Shown in pieces: positions 53,081 to 60,603 of a stretch of DNA of 60,603 nt. Source of the DNA: Candidatus Parcubacteria bacterium (GTDB lineage Bacteria > Patescibacteriota > Minisyncoccia > Phycocordibacterales > UBA918); assembly GCA_021767645.1 (NCBI GenBank), contig JAASSY010000001.1, forward strand, positions 1-60,603, given 5' to 3'. The position numbers and the translations under genes are program-made. Under the pieces are notes generated by a model. That model was not told the origin of the DNA, searched no databases, and saw nothing but the letters and a program-made list of their open reading frames with translations. The first letter of the stretch is position 1, and each line of letters begins with the position of its first letter.

Positions 53081-54845
53081 TGGTTGCAGTATACCGCACT
53101 GAAACAAAAGACTCGACTTTTACGTGAAAAACTAGTATAAATATGGCCACTTCATAGCGAAGTATGGCGGCTATGGTGTAGAGGTAACACGCAAGTTTGT
53201 GGCACTTGAATCTCGGGTTCAATTCCCGGTAGCCGCCCCAAGTGAGAATCAGCTCTGCAAAACGTGCATTTCGCGTTGCAGTGTCTAGGTTTTTGTCCAG
53301 TTCGAGCCGATTGTATTCGGCTTCTAGCTCTGGATACGCTTTTTCTATTGGAACAAACCAATCGTTAGGTGTTATAAGGACTTTTTTGTCTTTCAACGTA
53401 AAGTTCTGACCAAGTGCTGAAAATATCTCTCGTTTTTCTTGAATGCTTCCGTGCACGAATGTTGCCCGTGCGTGCCGAGCAAAGTTGAAGGTCCGCTCGC
53501 TGAGTTCTAACCACGTGGCTGCCCTATTCTCAGTAGAGTTGAGTTGCAGCTTCAGTTTACCGAGCTTCTTCTTCAAGTCACTACGCTGTGTCTTGAACTC
53601 TTCGTCATCAATTAGATTCCGGTAGCGCATCTTTGTTAGTGTGTCTAATTCATTTTGTGTTTGGTTGTATGCCCTCTGCTGTTGTTCGTAGACCTTGGTC
53701 CGTGCATCAATCTCCTTGTCGTTTTCCTTGTTAATAATCTCCAAGGCCCACTCCTGAAACTTCGGGAGAATGGTGTAACGTTCGAGTTCAACATCTACCT
53801 GACGCTCAAACTCTTCCAGAGTAACTGGCTTCTGCCCACAGCTACATTTACCAGAAGCATCCTTCTTCTTTTTTGTGCAGTGATAGTATGCGTAGGTTTT
53901 TAATTCTCCAGTTTTCTTAACAATCTTTTGCTTGGCTGAATATGTGCACATACCACCGCATTCACCACAAATAACCATACCTGTAAAGGCAGATTCATGG
54001 ACTTGATTTCGAGGCTTCCCTTTGCGACCAAGTATGACCTGGGCTTTGTCATATTCTTCCACAGTAATCATCGGTTTATGGTTACCGTTTTCGTATACGG
54101 TACCTGACCATTCAAACATCCCCGTGTAAAAGATGTTGGTAAAGATGCGATATAACGAACTTTCTGCAATTGGTCCTCCTCCAGACTTCTTAAACTTAGG
54201 CGTCCTGAAACCCCATTCTTCATTCGCTATCTTACGGATTTTAGGGACGGTATAGTTACCAGATAGCAGCATGTCCCACATTTTACGAACCATATCCCAG
54301 CGTTCTTCGTCCGGGTAGATTTCATTCACAATTTTATCGTTGTAATACCCAAGCGGAGCCCGTGAAGGTAACCACCCACTATTTGCTTTGCTTTCCATGC
54401 CACGCCGCGAAGTCTTGGCTAGATCACGTACAAATTGGTTCGCCATTGCTCCCTCTACATGAAACAGCAATACATTGTCTTCTGGGTAGTATGCACGGTC
54501 ATAGGTTTGAATGACTTTAATTACTTCTGTCTGCAACATCCAGGCAACAGTTCCCTGGTCAACCGGATTGCGGAATAAACGGTTAAGGTGCCATGTCAAA
54601 ATACCGTCTGCTTCACCCGCTTCAATGCGAGACAGCATTTCATAAAAGATTGTTCTCACTTGGGGTTGTTTGGCAGACTTTGATTCCTGCAGCACATCCA
54701 CAATTTGATACCCCATTTGTGCAGCACGAGATTTGTAGTAAGCAATCTGGTCTGGAATAGACTGCAACTGCTTATCAGACGATTCATCCGAAGATCGTCG
54801 TGCATAGAGGAATACTTTTAACTTCTTGTTTTGCATTTTATTCAT
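53073..54845 (-). CDS. Large serine recombinase (integrase)
   Basis: Resolvase catalytic N-terminus (VFLYARRSSDESSDKQLQSIPDQ), recombinase domain, zinc ribbon (CGECGG..YYHCTKKKK..CSCG), and coiled coil. The last ~56 codons run antisense through tRNA-His. Confidence 0.9.
   Translation of the reverse strand: MNKMQNKKLKVFLYARRSSDESSDKQLQSIPDQIAYYKSRAAQMGYQIVDVLQESKSAKQPQVRTIFYEMLSRIEAGEADGILTWHLNRLFRNPVDQGTVAWMLQTEVIKVIQTYDRAYYPEDNVLLFHVEGAMANQFVRDLAKTSRRGMESKANSGWLPSRAPLGYYNDKIVNEIYPDEERWDMVRKMWDMLLSGNYTVPKIRKIANEEWGFRTPKFKKSGGGPIAESSLYRIFTNIFYTGMFEWSGTVYENGNHKPMITVEEYDKAQVILGRKGKPRNQVHESAFTGMVICGECGGMCTYSAKQKIVKKTGELKTYAYYHCTKKKKDASGKCSCGQKPVTLEEFERQVDVELERYTILPKFQEWALEIINKENDKEIDARTKVYEQQQRAYNQTQNELDTLTKMRYRNLIDDEEFKTQRSDLKKKLGKLKLQLNSTENRAATWLELSERTFNFARHARATFVHGSIQEKREIFSALGQNFTLKDKKVLITPNDWFVPIEKAYPELEAEYNRLELDKNLDTATRNARFAELILTWGGYRELNPRFKCHKLACYLYTIAAILRYEVAIFILVFHVKVESFVSVRYTATNG
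53166..53240 (+). tRNA. tRNA-His (GTG)
   Basis: Manual cloverleaf: G-1 plus acceptor GCGGCTA/TAGCCGC, D arm GTGT-agaggta-ACAC, anticodon arm CAAGT-ttGTGgc-ACTTG, T arm TCGGG-ttcaatt-CCCGG, discriminator C, encoded CCA. The G-1:C73 pair is the tRNA-His hallmark. Confidence 0.9.
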
Positions 54846-54856
54846 TGTACTTTAAT

Positions 54857-55078
54857 TTACTCGTCTTCGCCCAAACACTTCTCTAGGTCTCCCTTACTGG
54901 CCAAGCGATGAGCTTCAATCTCATCTTCCTGCTCCCGTGTCATTGGCTTGTAGATTACAGACAGCAAATTAACCAACTTGAGTCCCTGCTCAGCTGCTTC
55001 CTTTGCAGATATATTGGTTCCATAATGCGCTTTATAGATAGCTTGGAACTGTTTTATATTTTCGTCTGTGAGAGTCAC
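54857..55078 (-). CDS. Small helical hypothetical protein (73 aa)
   Basis: Lies immediately upstream of the recombinase on the same strand. No domain was recognised. Confidence 0.5.
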   Translation of the reverse strand: MTLTDENIKQFQAIYKAHYGTNISAKEAAEQGLKLVNLLSVIYKPMTREQEDEIEAHRLASKGDLEKCLGEDE

Positions 55079-55178
55079 GGTTTGGGTGAAAATTCCATTA
55101 AACAGAGATTCGACTGCATCCCTGTACTTTCATTTTCCCTTCTACCCGGTGACTCAAGACCAGGTAAGGTGACTCACC

Positions 55179-55931
55179 CTAATAGTTACGAATGATTTGA
55201 TTGTCTATGGCTGTATTAAAAAGGTCTTGGGTAATGTGCAGCCTCTCTTTCACTAAGTCATTTACTGCTCGGCAGGCGTCTTTTATGTTACGACGCCCTG
55301 AAACCCTTGGTGCCATAGGATCGTCTTCAAAATAGCCAAGCATCACATCTACATCTGCCTGTTCACCCCGGGACTTCTGGTTGAACATGTAATCAGAAAC
55401 TGCATCCATGATTGTGCCACTCTCTATAGGTATTTGAATGGAGTCTATATGCAATATGTGATTCTCGTATGAGGTTACAGATGAAGCAATATCAGCCAGT
55501 GCGACATCGGCTCCTGACCGACTTCGACTCTCCCGTGACGCAATTAATTCCTTCCCCTGACGCACTACCTCCTGGACCTCCTGAGGCGTTGCAGTCCCAT
55601 AGGCTTCTTGTGCATCGTTATACGTCTTCAAATCACCCCGAGCATCCAATATCTGACGCCATGAATCCTCGGTTACCTGTGAAATGGTTTTATGAGGTAA
55701 CAAGTATTCCAATGTGAGAGGGTTAGTCTGACTCCCTGCCTCGATGGGGTCCAAGGAGGCTAGGGCGTAGTACTGCTCCAGCTTTTCCCGCAAACCACCC
55801 CGTAAATAGAATATGTCCAATTCCTGAGGTGAGACACGGGATTCCAAAGAGTGTTGCACCAGATCCCCGTATAAGTAATACAAATCCGTGAGGGCATTTA
55901 AGGCTTCTTTATTTACGGGGGTAGTGGGCAT
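55179..55931 (-). CDS. Hypothetical protein (250 aa)
   Basis: Clean ORF with protein-like composition. No domain was recognised. Confidence 0.6.
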   Translation of the reverse strand: MPTTPVNKEALNALTDLYYLYGDLVQHSLESRVSPQELDIFYLRGGLREKLEQYYALASLDPIEAGSQTNPLTLEYLLPHKTISQVTEDSWRQILDARGDLKTYNDAQEAYGTATPQEVQEVVRQGKELIASRESRSRSGADVALADIASSVTSYENHILHIDSIQIPIESGTIMDAVSDYMFNQKSRGEQADVDVMLGYFEDDPMAPRVSGRRNIKDACRAVNDLVKERLHITQDLFNTAIDNQIIRNY

Positions 55932-56169
55932 TTAAAAATACTACCGAATGTAGCACTAAATGACCAGACACAAATATCGCCAATTTACACACCATGATTC
56001 CCGTATACCCAACCCTGTTACCCTTGGTGATACGTTTGTTTGTGACTCTTCCCGATAACCAATCCCTGTTACTGGGTAAGTTTGCTAGTTTTGTTTGGCT
56101 TGTTATTAAGGTGTCTCCAGTTTATTTGTTTGGTTAAGTGTATATCCCAAACCTGACTTCTAGGACAAG

Positions 56170-56930
56170 AGAGGGCTAAAGCGGTCTGGGGGGTTGCCAT
56201 GTACCACTTTCACCTATGTATTGAGTCCGTTGTCTCCCGGAATACACGTACCTCACCGCTGTCGGCATCACACTCTCTGTGTTTCTTGTCGCCAGCATCT
56301 CCTTGTATCCATAACTCAATCCAAACAAGGGGTAGTCTCCTGACGTGCCGCGTGCTTGGAACCGCCAGTAAGGTCTCGGCGCAACAGTTCCAGAGGCTTC
56401 TAGAGTCACCTGTCCCAGAGTCAGCCAACGAACATATCACGAGCTGACTCCCAGGAGTCCCGAGTGCTGTCGGGACCGCATCAGGGCTTAGAATCCGAAG
56501 GTTTCACCGCGTCCAGGAGGCAGGTCCTTCGGTTCGCGTCCTACACCCTCCCAGTATTAGCTAGCTCAATGGCCACAACACACCGAGGCTTTATTAGCAC
56601 TTTCGGTGGCTGCCCCTCTTACCGAGGAAGCTTCATTGCAAAGTATTAAATTGGGATTTGAATATAGGATTTCGTCGAGGAGAACTATCTAGGCACTACT
56701 TTACTTGAGTCCCACTGGGTGTGACAAGTCCTAAAATTACACCATGCGTGTAAGAATCGTCATCAACATACACTTTGAAGGTAGGTGTGAGCCCGAGCGA
56801 CTACTATTCATAACAGTTTCCTTGACCCCGGAGTCACACACTGAACTGGTCCCCGTACCCATTTCCATCTCTTAGGTCTTATTACTTATGGAATGAAGAG
56901 TCTTAATCATTCAGGCAACTACTCTTCGTG
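56170..56930. ncRNA. Candidate large structured non-coding RNA (unclassified)
   Basis: GC-rich, stop-poor on several frames of both strands, yet without a convincing ORF. Many local perfect stems, e.g. GTCCCGA/TCGGGAC 56456-56475, GAGTCAGC/GCTGACTC 56419-56451, GAAtCCGAAGG/CCTTCGGTTC, CACCGA/TCGGTG. Confidence 0.3.
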
Positions 56931-56965
56931 CTGTGAGGCATCCGGCACTTGCCATAACAATCACT

Positions 56966-57298
56966 ATGAAAAAAGTAAGTGAGGTATTGGAACCCCAGAT
57001 AACGACTAACTATCAGGGGTCCGAGGCTACCTACGAAGACGTCAAGCAACAACTGCAAGAACGCTTTGGGAAGAAGGTAGCAGATAGCTATAACCCAGCT
57101 ACCAATTGCGCCCCGTTCAGCGTGTGGGCTAAAGCAGGTTATCGAGTAAAGAAGGGTGAGAAGGCACTTAAATCAGTGACTTTTGTAGAGCGTGAAAACG
57201 ATGAGACCGGTGAGGTAGAAAAGATTCGCCGAGTGGTTAATCTCTTTCATCGGGTACAGGTTGAGTTAGCCGAACCAATAACTGAGCAACCAGCATGA
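56966..57298 (+). CDS. ArdC N-terminal-domain-like (DUF1738-like) ssDNA-binding protein
   Basis: 110 aa starting at the ATG at 56966. ..NCAPFSVWAKAGYRVKKGEKALKSVTFVE.. resembles the ArdC-N motif (W..G..VkKGEK). Confidence 0.45.
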   Translation: MKKVSEVLEPQITTNYQGSEATYEDVKQQLQERFGKKVADSYNPATNCAPFSVWAKAGYRVKKGEKALKSVTFVERENDETGEVEKIRRVVNLFHRVQVELAEPITEQPA

Positions 57299-57468
57299 CT
57301 CGCCAAATGACCGTAGTGTCCGAGCGTAGAGCCAAGGATGAACCATGTATACGAATCAGTGATAGCAGACTGGCTACTGCTGGTTTTTCTTTGGGAGACA
57401 TTATTTCCGTCACCATCAAACCCAAAACTGTAATTATCAAACGACTAAACAAACTAAATCATGAATAA
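57295..57468 (+). CDS. AbrB/SpoVT(SymE)-like small protein (57 aa), not in ORF track
   Basis: Hand translation gives MTRQMTVVSERRAKDEPCIRISDSRLATAGFSLGDIISVTIKPKTVIIKRLNKLNHE. ATGA overlap with the upstream stop, and an 8-nt overlap with the downstream start. Confidence 0.45.
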   Translation: MTRQMTVVSERRAKDEPCIRISDSRLATAGFSLGDIISVTIKPKTVIIKRLNKLNHE

Positions 57469-58006
57469 CACCACAACCACGAAGCCTCGACTCCAAGGCA
57501 ACTACGCATCAATGCAACCATCCCAGCCAGAGGTGCATCCAATCAAGGCTGAGATTGAGAAGAACATTGGTAGCTTCACATTCGTTGCCCGATTCGAAGA
57601 GGACAATGAAGCAAAGCAAGCCTTCAATCACGGCGGCCTTATCGCTTACAGATGTGTGCTCTCTACCCCTGATGGACGCACACTCGGCATTGGTCACGGC
57701 TTGAATGTGTTGAGTCAACAAAACCGTTACATTAGTAAATCAGTAAAGTGGGCGCACTCAGGAGCCTTGATAGCCGCTGTTACCAATGCAGTGAAGTTCC
57801 CGGATTTAAGTGGCTCTCCAACCTCTGACTTCGGCATGAACCAAGACATAGCTTCTGAGTTTATGGCTACTGACCGCCAGAAATCATACCTAACTGAATT
57901 GATTGGTAACCTCTCTGACGAGAGCGAACGAGAGGAGCTAATGAGTGAGCTAGGCACTATGAGCAAGGAGCGTGCTTCTGAGCTTATTGGACAACTGAAG
58001 AACTAA
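57461..58006 (+). CDS. Hypothetical protein (181 aa)
   Basis: Third gene of the tightly overlapping operon. No domain was recognised. Confidence 0.6.
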   Translation: MNNTTTTKPRLQGNYASMQPSQPEVHPIKAEIEKNIGSFTFVARFEEDNEAKQAFNHGGLIAYRCVLSTPDGRTLGIGHGLNVLSQQNRYISKSVKWAHSGALIAAVTNAVKFPDLSGSPTSDFGMNQDIASEFMATDRQKSYLTELIGNLSDESEREELMSELGTMSKERASELIGQLKN

Positions 58007-58244
58007 TCACAAAGCCCTGGCTGTCACCGTGCAGTCTGGGCTTTTGTGGTGAAGGAGGGTTTTATTACAAAACAATTAAATACACACGTGACCTAAGGTC
58101 GTTCAGGCTATGGTCCAAAACCGTGGAAGACAGAAAACCCGTTATCAGGGCGTCTTCCACGTTGCATGGGGAAACTCATGTAGAGGCTTCGGCCTTCCTG
58201 GTAGCGGGCTTTGTGTATTTGCTCCTACCATAACGTAAAACACT

Positions 58245-58502
58245 ATGTTTGGACCATTAGCACTATTCATCGTTGGACTCTTCCTGTCATTTAAGAAGGG
58301 TTACGACGAGCCGGCAATAATTTTAATCACTATCTTCGCTTTTGCTTGGACTATCTACGAGCTTATTAAGGGAGGCTCAAGTCCAGAGGAAGTCGACGCT
58401 GTCTACTCTGGTACATCGTCCATGAAGGCACGTGACTGGATTGAAATGGCAATACTTGTATTCGCCTTTATATGGTTAGCAGCTGTCGCAGAACTAACTT
58501 AG
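58245..58502 (+). CDS. Small membrane protein (85 aa)
   Basis: Three hydrophobic segments. The stop is adjacent to the next start. Confidence 0.5.
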   Translation: MFGPLALFIVGLFLSFKKGYDEPAIILITIFAFAWTIYELIKGGSSPEEVDAVYSGTSSMKARDWIEMAILVFAFIWLAAVAELT

Positions 58503-58504
58503 TC

Positions 58505-58834
58505 ATGAGAAAAGAGTTACTTACAGGTCTTCTGTCGTTCACTGCCGGACTACTGGTGTATCACTTGGTCCTGGTTGAGCGACCCCCTGAAACCGTGCCA
58601 CCAGCATCAATCAAGAAGTTTGTGTGTCCAACAGAAGAAACTTTTAGTGACTACTGGAATACCTGGAGCTTTGACTACCTAACAATGCGCCCTGGAGTGG
58701 ACATATATACCCAGCTCAACGACTGGCGTTTATTCCTTGAGTCGAACGAGTGTAACCTTCATTGGCACAGAAAAATTGTAGATCTCATCGAACAGAACAG
58801 TGTGTCCGGGACACCAGTTTATTGGACCAGATAG
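58505..58834 (+). CDS. Membrane-anchored hypothetical protein (109 aa)
   Basis: ATG at 58505, 2 nt after the upstream stop. N-terminal TM (LLTGLLSFTAGLLVYHLVLV). Confidence 0.5.
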   Translation: MRKELLTGLLSFTAGLLVYHLVLVERPPETVPPASIKKFVCPTEETFSDYWNTWSFDYLTMRPGVDIYTQLNDWRLFLESNECNLHWHRKIVDLIEQNSVSGTPVYWTR

Positions 58835-58926
58835 CCTTATCCACACTTCGATTGCTAAAATCGCGGCTAAACAAAGCCGCGAAATCACGTTGCACGTATT
58901 TGGCTATAATCAACAGCGTATACTCG

Positions 58927-59991
58927 ATGTATAATGACTACATGCAAGCTGTCGAGACACCAAAAATACCCAAGACCAAAGCCCTAAAAGGCTCAGTTGG
59001 TGGTCGTAGTACAAAGAAGACAAAACCACGAGTCGTCTCGTTGTTTTCTGGTTCGGGAGGTATGGACCTTGGATTTAAAAAAGCTGGATTTGATATCCTT
59101 TGGGCTAACGACGTAGACCACTGGGCTTGCCAGACTTTTAAGAAAAATTTTGGTGACCACATCGTCGAAGGTAGTATCTGTGACATCAAAAGTCAGGAGG
59201 TGCCGGACTGTGACATCATTCTTGGTGGCTTTCCGTGCCAGGACTTTTCAATGATATGGAAAAGGATGGGTATCAAGTCTGAACGAGGAAATCTGTACCG
59301 TCATTTTGTGCGGATCGTTACTGACAAACGTCCTAAAATGTTTGTGGCAGAGAACGTCAAAGGGCTGATTAGTGCCAACAAAGGAAAAGCTGTTGAGCAG
59401 ATAGTTAAAGACTTCGCAAGCGCTGGCTACACTGTTTCGGTAAACAAGATTAATTTTGCCGACTATGGCGCGCCCCAACTACGCGAACGGGTGTTAATTG
59501 TAGGTACCCGCGATGATTTGAATAAAGATTTTTCGCTACCAAACCCAACTCATACGCCAGAAAATTACGTATCGGCAAAGGAGGCTTTGAAGGAAGTCGA
59601 GCGGGTGAAATACAACAATGAACATCAAAATATTGCGCCTTCAACTGTAGCAAAACTAAGACTAATCCCGCCAGGTGGTAATTTTACTGACATACCAAAA
59701 GACTCACCCCATTACGTCAAAGGGATGATATCTCACGTGTATCGTCGCTTGCATCCAAACAAACCTTCCACTACTATCATTGCTGGAGGTGGTGGTGGCA
59801 CATGGGGCTATCACTACAAGGATCCGCGTCCGTTGACCAATCGCGAAAGAGCTCGATTATTTGGATACCCTGATAATTTCGAGTTTGTGGGTTCAATCGC
59901 TGAAGTACGCAGACAAATCGGAAACTCAGTTCCCCCTGCCGGTATCTACCCAATAGCTAAAGCTGTAAAAAAGTACCTGGCTGAATTATAA
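58927..59991 (+). CDS. DNA (cytosine-5)-methyltransferase
   Basis: Motifs I FSGSGGMDLGF, IV GGFPCQDFS, VI AENVKGL, VIII QLRERVLIVG, IX RPLTNRERARLFGYPDNF, X GNSVPP. ATG at 58927. Confidence 0.95.
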   Translation: MYNDYMQAVETPKIPKTKALKGSVGGRSTKKTKPRVVSLFSGSGGMDLGFKKAGFDILWANDVDHWACQTFKKNFGDHIVEGSICDIKSQEVPDCDIILGGFPCQDFSMIWKRMGIKSERGNLYRHFVRIVTDKRPKMFVAENVKGLISANKGKAVEQIVKDFASAGYTVSVNKINFADYGAPQLRERVLIVGTRDDLNKDFSLPNPTHTPENYVSAKEALKEVERVKYNNEHQNIAPSTVAKLRLIPPGGNFTDIPKDSPHYVKGMISHVYRRLHPNKPSTTIIAGGGGGTWGYHYKDPRPLTNRERARLFGYPDNFEFVGSIAEVRRQIGNSVPPAGIYPIAKAVKKYLAEL

Positions 59992-60009
59992 GAAAATAAC
60001 CAATACCGC

Positions 60010-60603
60010 ATGGAACTACTCTTTTCCAATGTCAAACCATGCGAGTATAACAACTCATCTTTTAGTGAGGCATTTGAACTCGGTGTGGTTGATGCCGATG
60101 AAATTAGCATTGCCACAGGATATGTCTCAGAAGAATCTCTACTGGAGCTAAAGGCAATTTTATCCTTTTACTCGGACAATAATCAGTCAAAAAGCTGTAG
60201 CCTGGTAATAGGAATGCACGGAAGAGAAGGTTTTACTCGCCCGCAATATGAAGCAGCAGTTGAGCTGGGTAATTTTTTGAAGGATAAAAATCTTGGTGCT
60301 GTATTTGTCTGTACGGCTTTTAGATATCACGGGAAGACCTATCTTTTTAGCCGAAACGGAGGTCCTGTATCCGCTCTACTAGGCTCGTCGAACCTGAGTA
60401 ATATACTCGACAACCGGCAGTGGGAAGTGGATGCTAAAGTTACCGAAGCCACTGCACTTAAGGAGCTAACACAGCTACACACTGATCTCACCAGTAAAGC
60501 GTGCAGAAACATCCTTGAGATTGATGCTCCGGAGTCTTTTACCGAGACAAATGATTTGTTACAGGACCGGATTGGTGTTGAAAAAGCTGACTCCGATATG
60601 TAC
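60010..60603 (+). CDS. PLD-family (NgoFVII/BfiI-like) restriction endonuclease, 5' partial (runs off the window)
   Basis: Not in the ORF track because there is no stop. Hand translation gives MELLFSNVKPCEYNN... with an HKD-type motif YHGKTYLFSRNGGPVSALLGSSNLS. Starts 18 nt after the methyltransferase. Confidence 0.6.
   Translation, partial: MELLFSNVKPCEYNNSSFSEAFELGVVDADEISIATGYVSEESLLELKAILSFYSDNNQSKSCSLVIGMHGREGFTRPQYEAAVELGNFLKDKNLGAVFVCTAFRYHGKTYLFSRNGGPVSALLGSSNLSNILDNRQWEVDAKVTEATALKELTQLHTDLTSKACRNILEIDAPESFTETNDLLQDRIGVEKADSDMY

Larger units (their letters stand above)
53166..60603. mobile_element. Putative integrated element / genomic island beside tRNA-His (right end beyond the window)
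   Basis: A tRNA is adjacent to a serine integrase. Composition is visibly lower in G+C than the core genes. The cargo is hypothetical genes, an ArdC-N-like gene, and an R-M pair. No boundary repeat was found. Confidence 0.55.

Noticed and set aside
56176-56649. Four 61-82-aa ORFs on both strands in the island's non-coding block. A pseudogene or small-protein interpretation was considered.
   Set aside because: Three of them are mutually overlapping frames with low-complexity, Cys/Ser/Arg-rich sequences and no start context. This is more consistent with stop depletion in a GC-rich structured RNA. A decayed gene cannot be fully excluded without BLASTX.

Overview
This 60.6-kb window comes from a compact, gene-dense bacterial chromosome. 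By eye it is about half G+C, uses the standard genetic code, and has short intergenic regions with many GC-stem/T-tract terminators. The gene content suggests a small-genome Patescibacteria/CPR-like organism: mostly translation, replication and repair genes, few metabolic genes, ribosomal proteins with low-complexity extensions, wHTH hypotheticals, and a very acidic PG-binding surface protein. That assignment is inference only. Core genes recognised are rplL, rplJ, rplK, nusG, secE, rpsF-ssb-rpsR, rpsT, efp, recA, recO-like, ftsK, an ECF sigma with a putative anti-sigma, metG, glyQS, ileS, argS, a thymidylate-cycle cluster (glyA-thyA-dcd-CYTH-folA), a class I RNR whose ATP-cone sits on NrdB, a carD-like gene, mscL and tRNA-His. 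Two accessory regions stand out. (i) At 2.7-7.0 kb, four tandem paralogous small membrane-protein genes share a DNA-conserved 5' module fused to divergent AT-rich bodies, next to a secreted Vps62-like protein. (ii) At 53.1-60.6 kb, an island beside tRNA-His carries a large serine recombinase, a roughly 0.8-1 kb ORF-free GC-rich segment (candidate structured RNA), an ArdC-N-like/AbrB-like operon, and a Dcm plus PLD-nuclease R-M pair that runs off the window. Also notable are a complete histidine-phosphatase domain inserted inside IleRS, a CCTAGG-type palindromic repeat family, and a 24-bp perfect palindrome flanking a small HTH gene. No rRNA, CRISPR array or transposase was seen.
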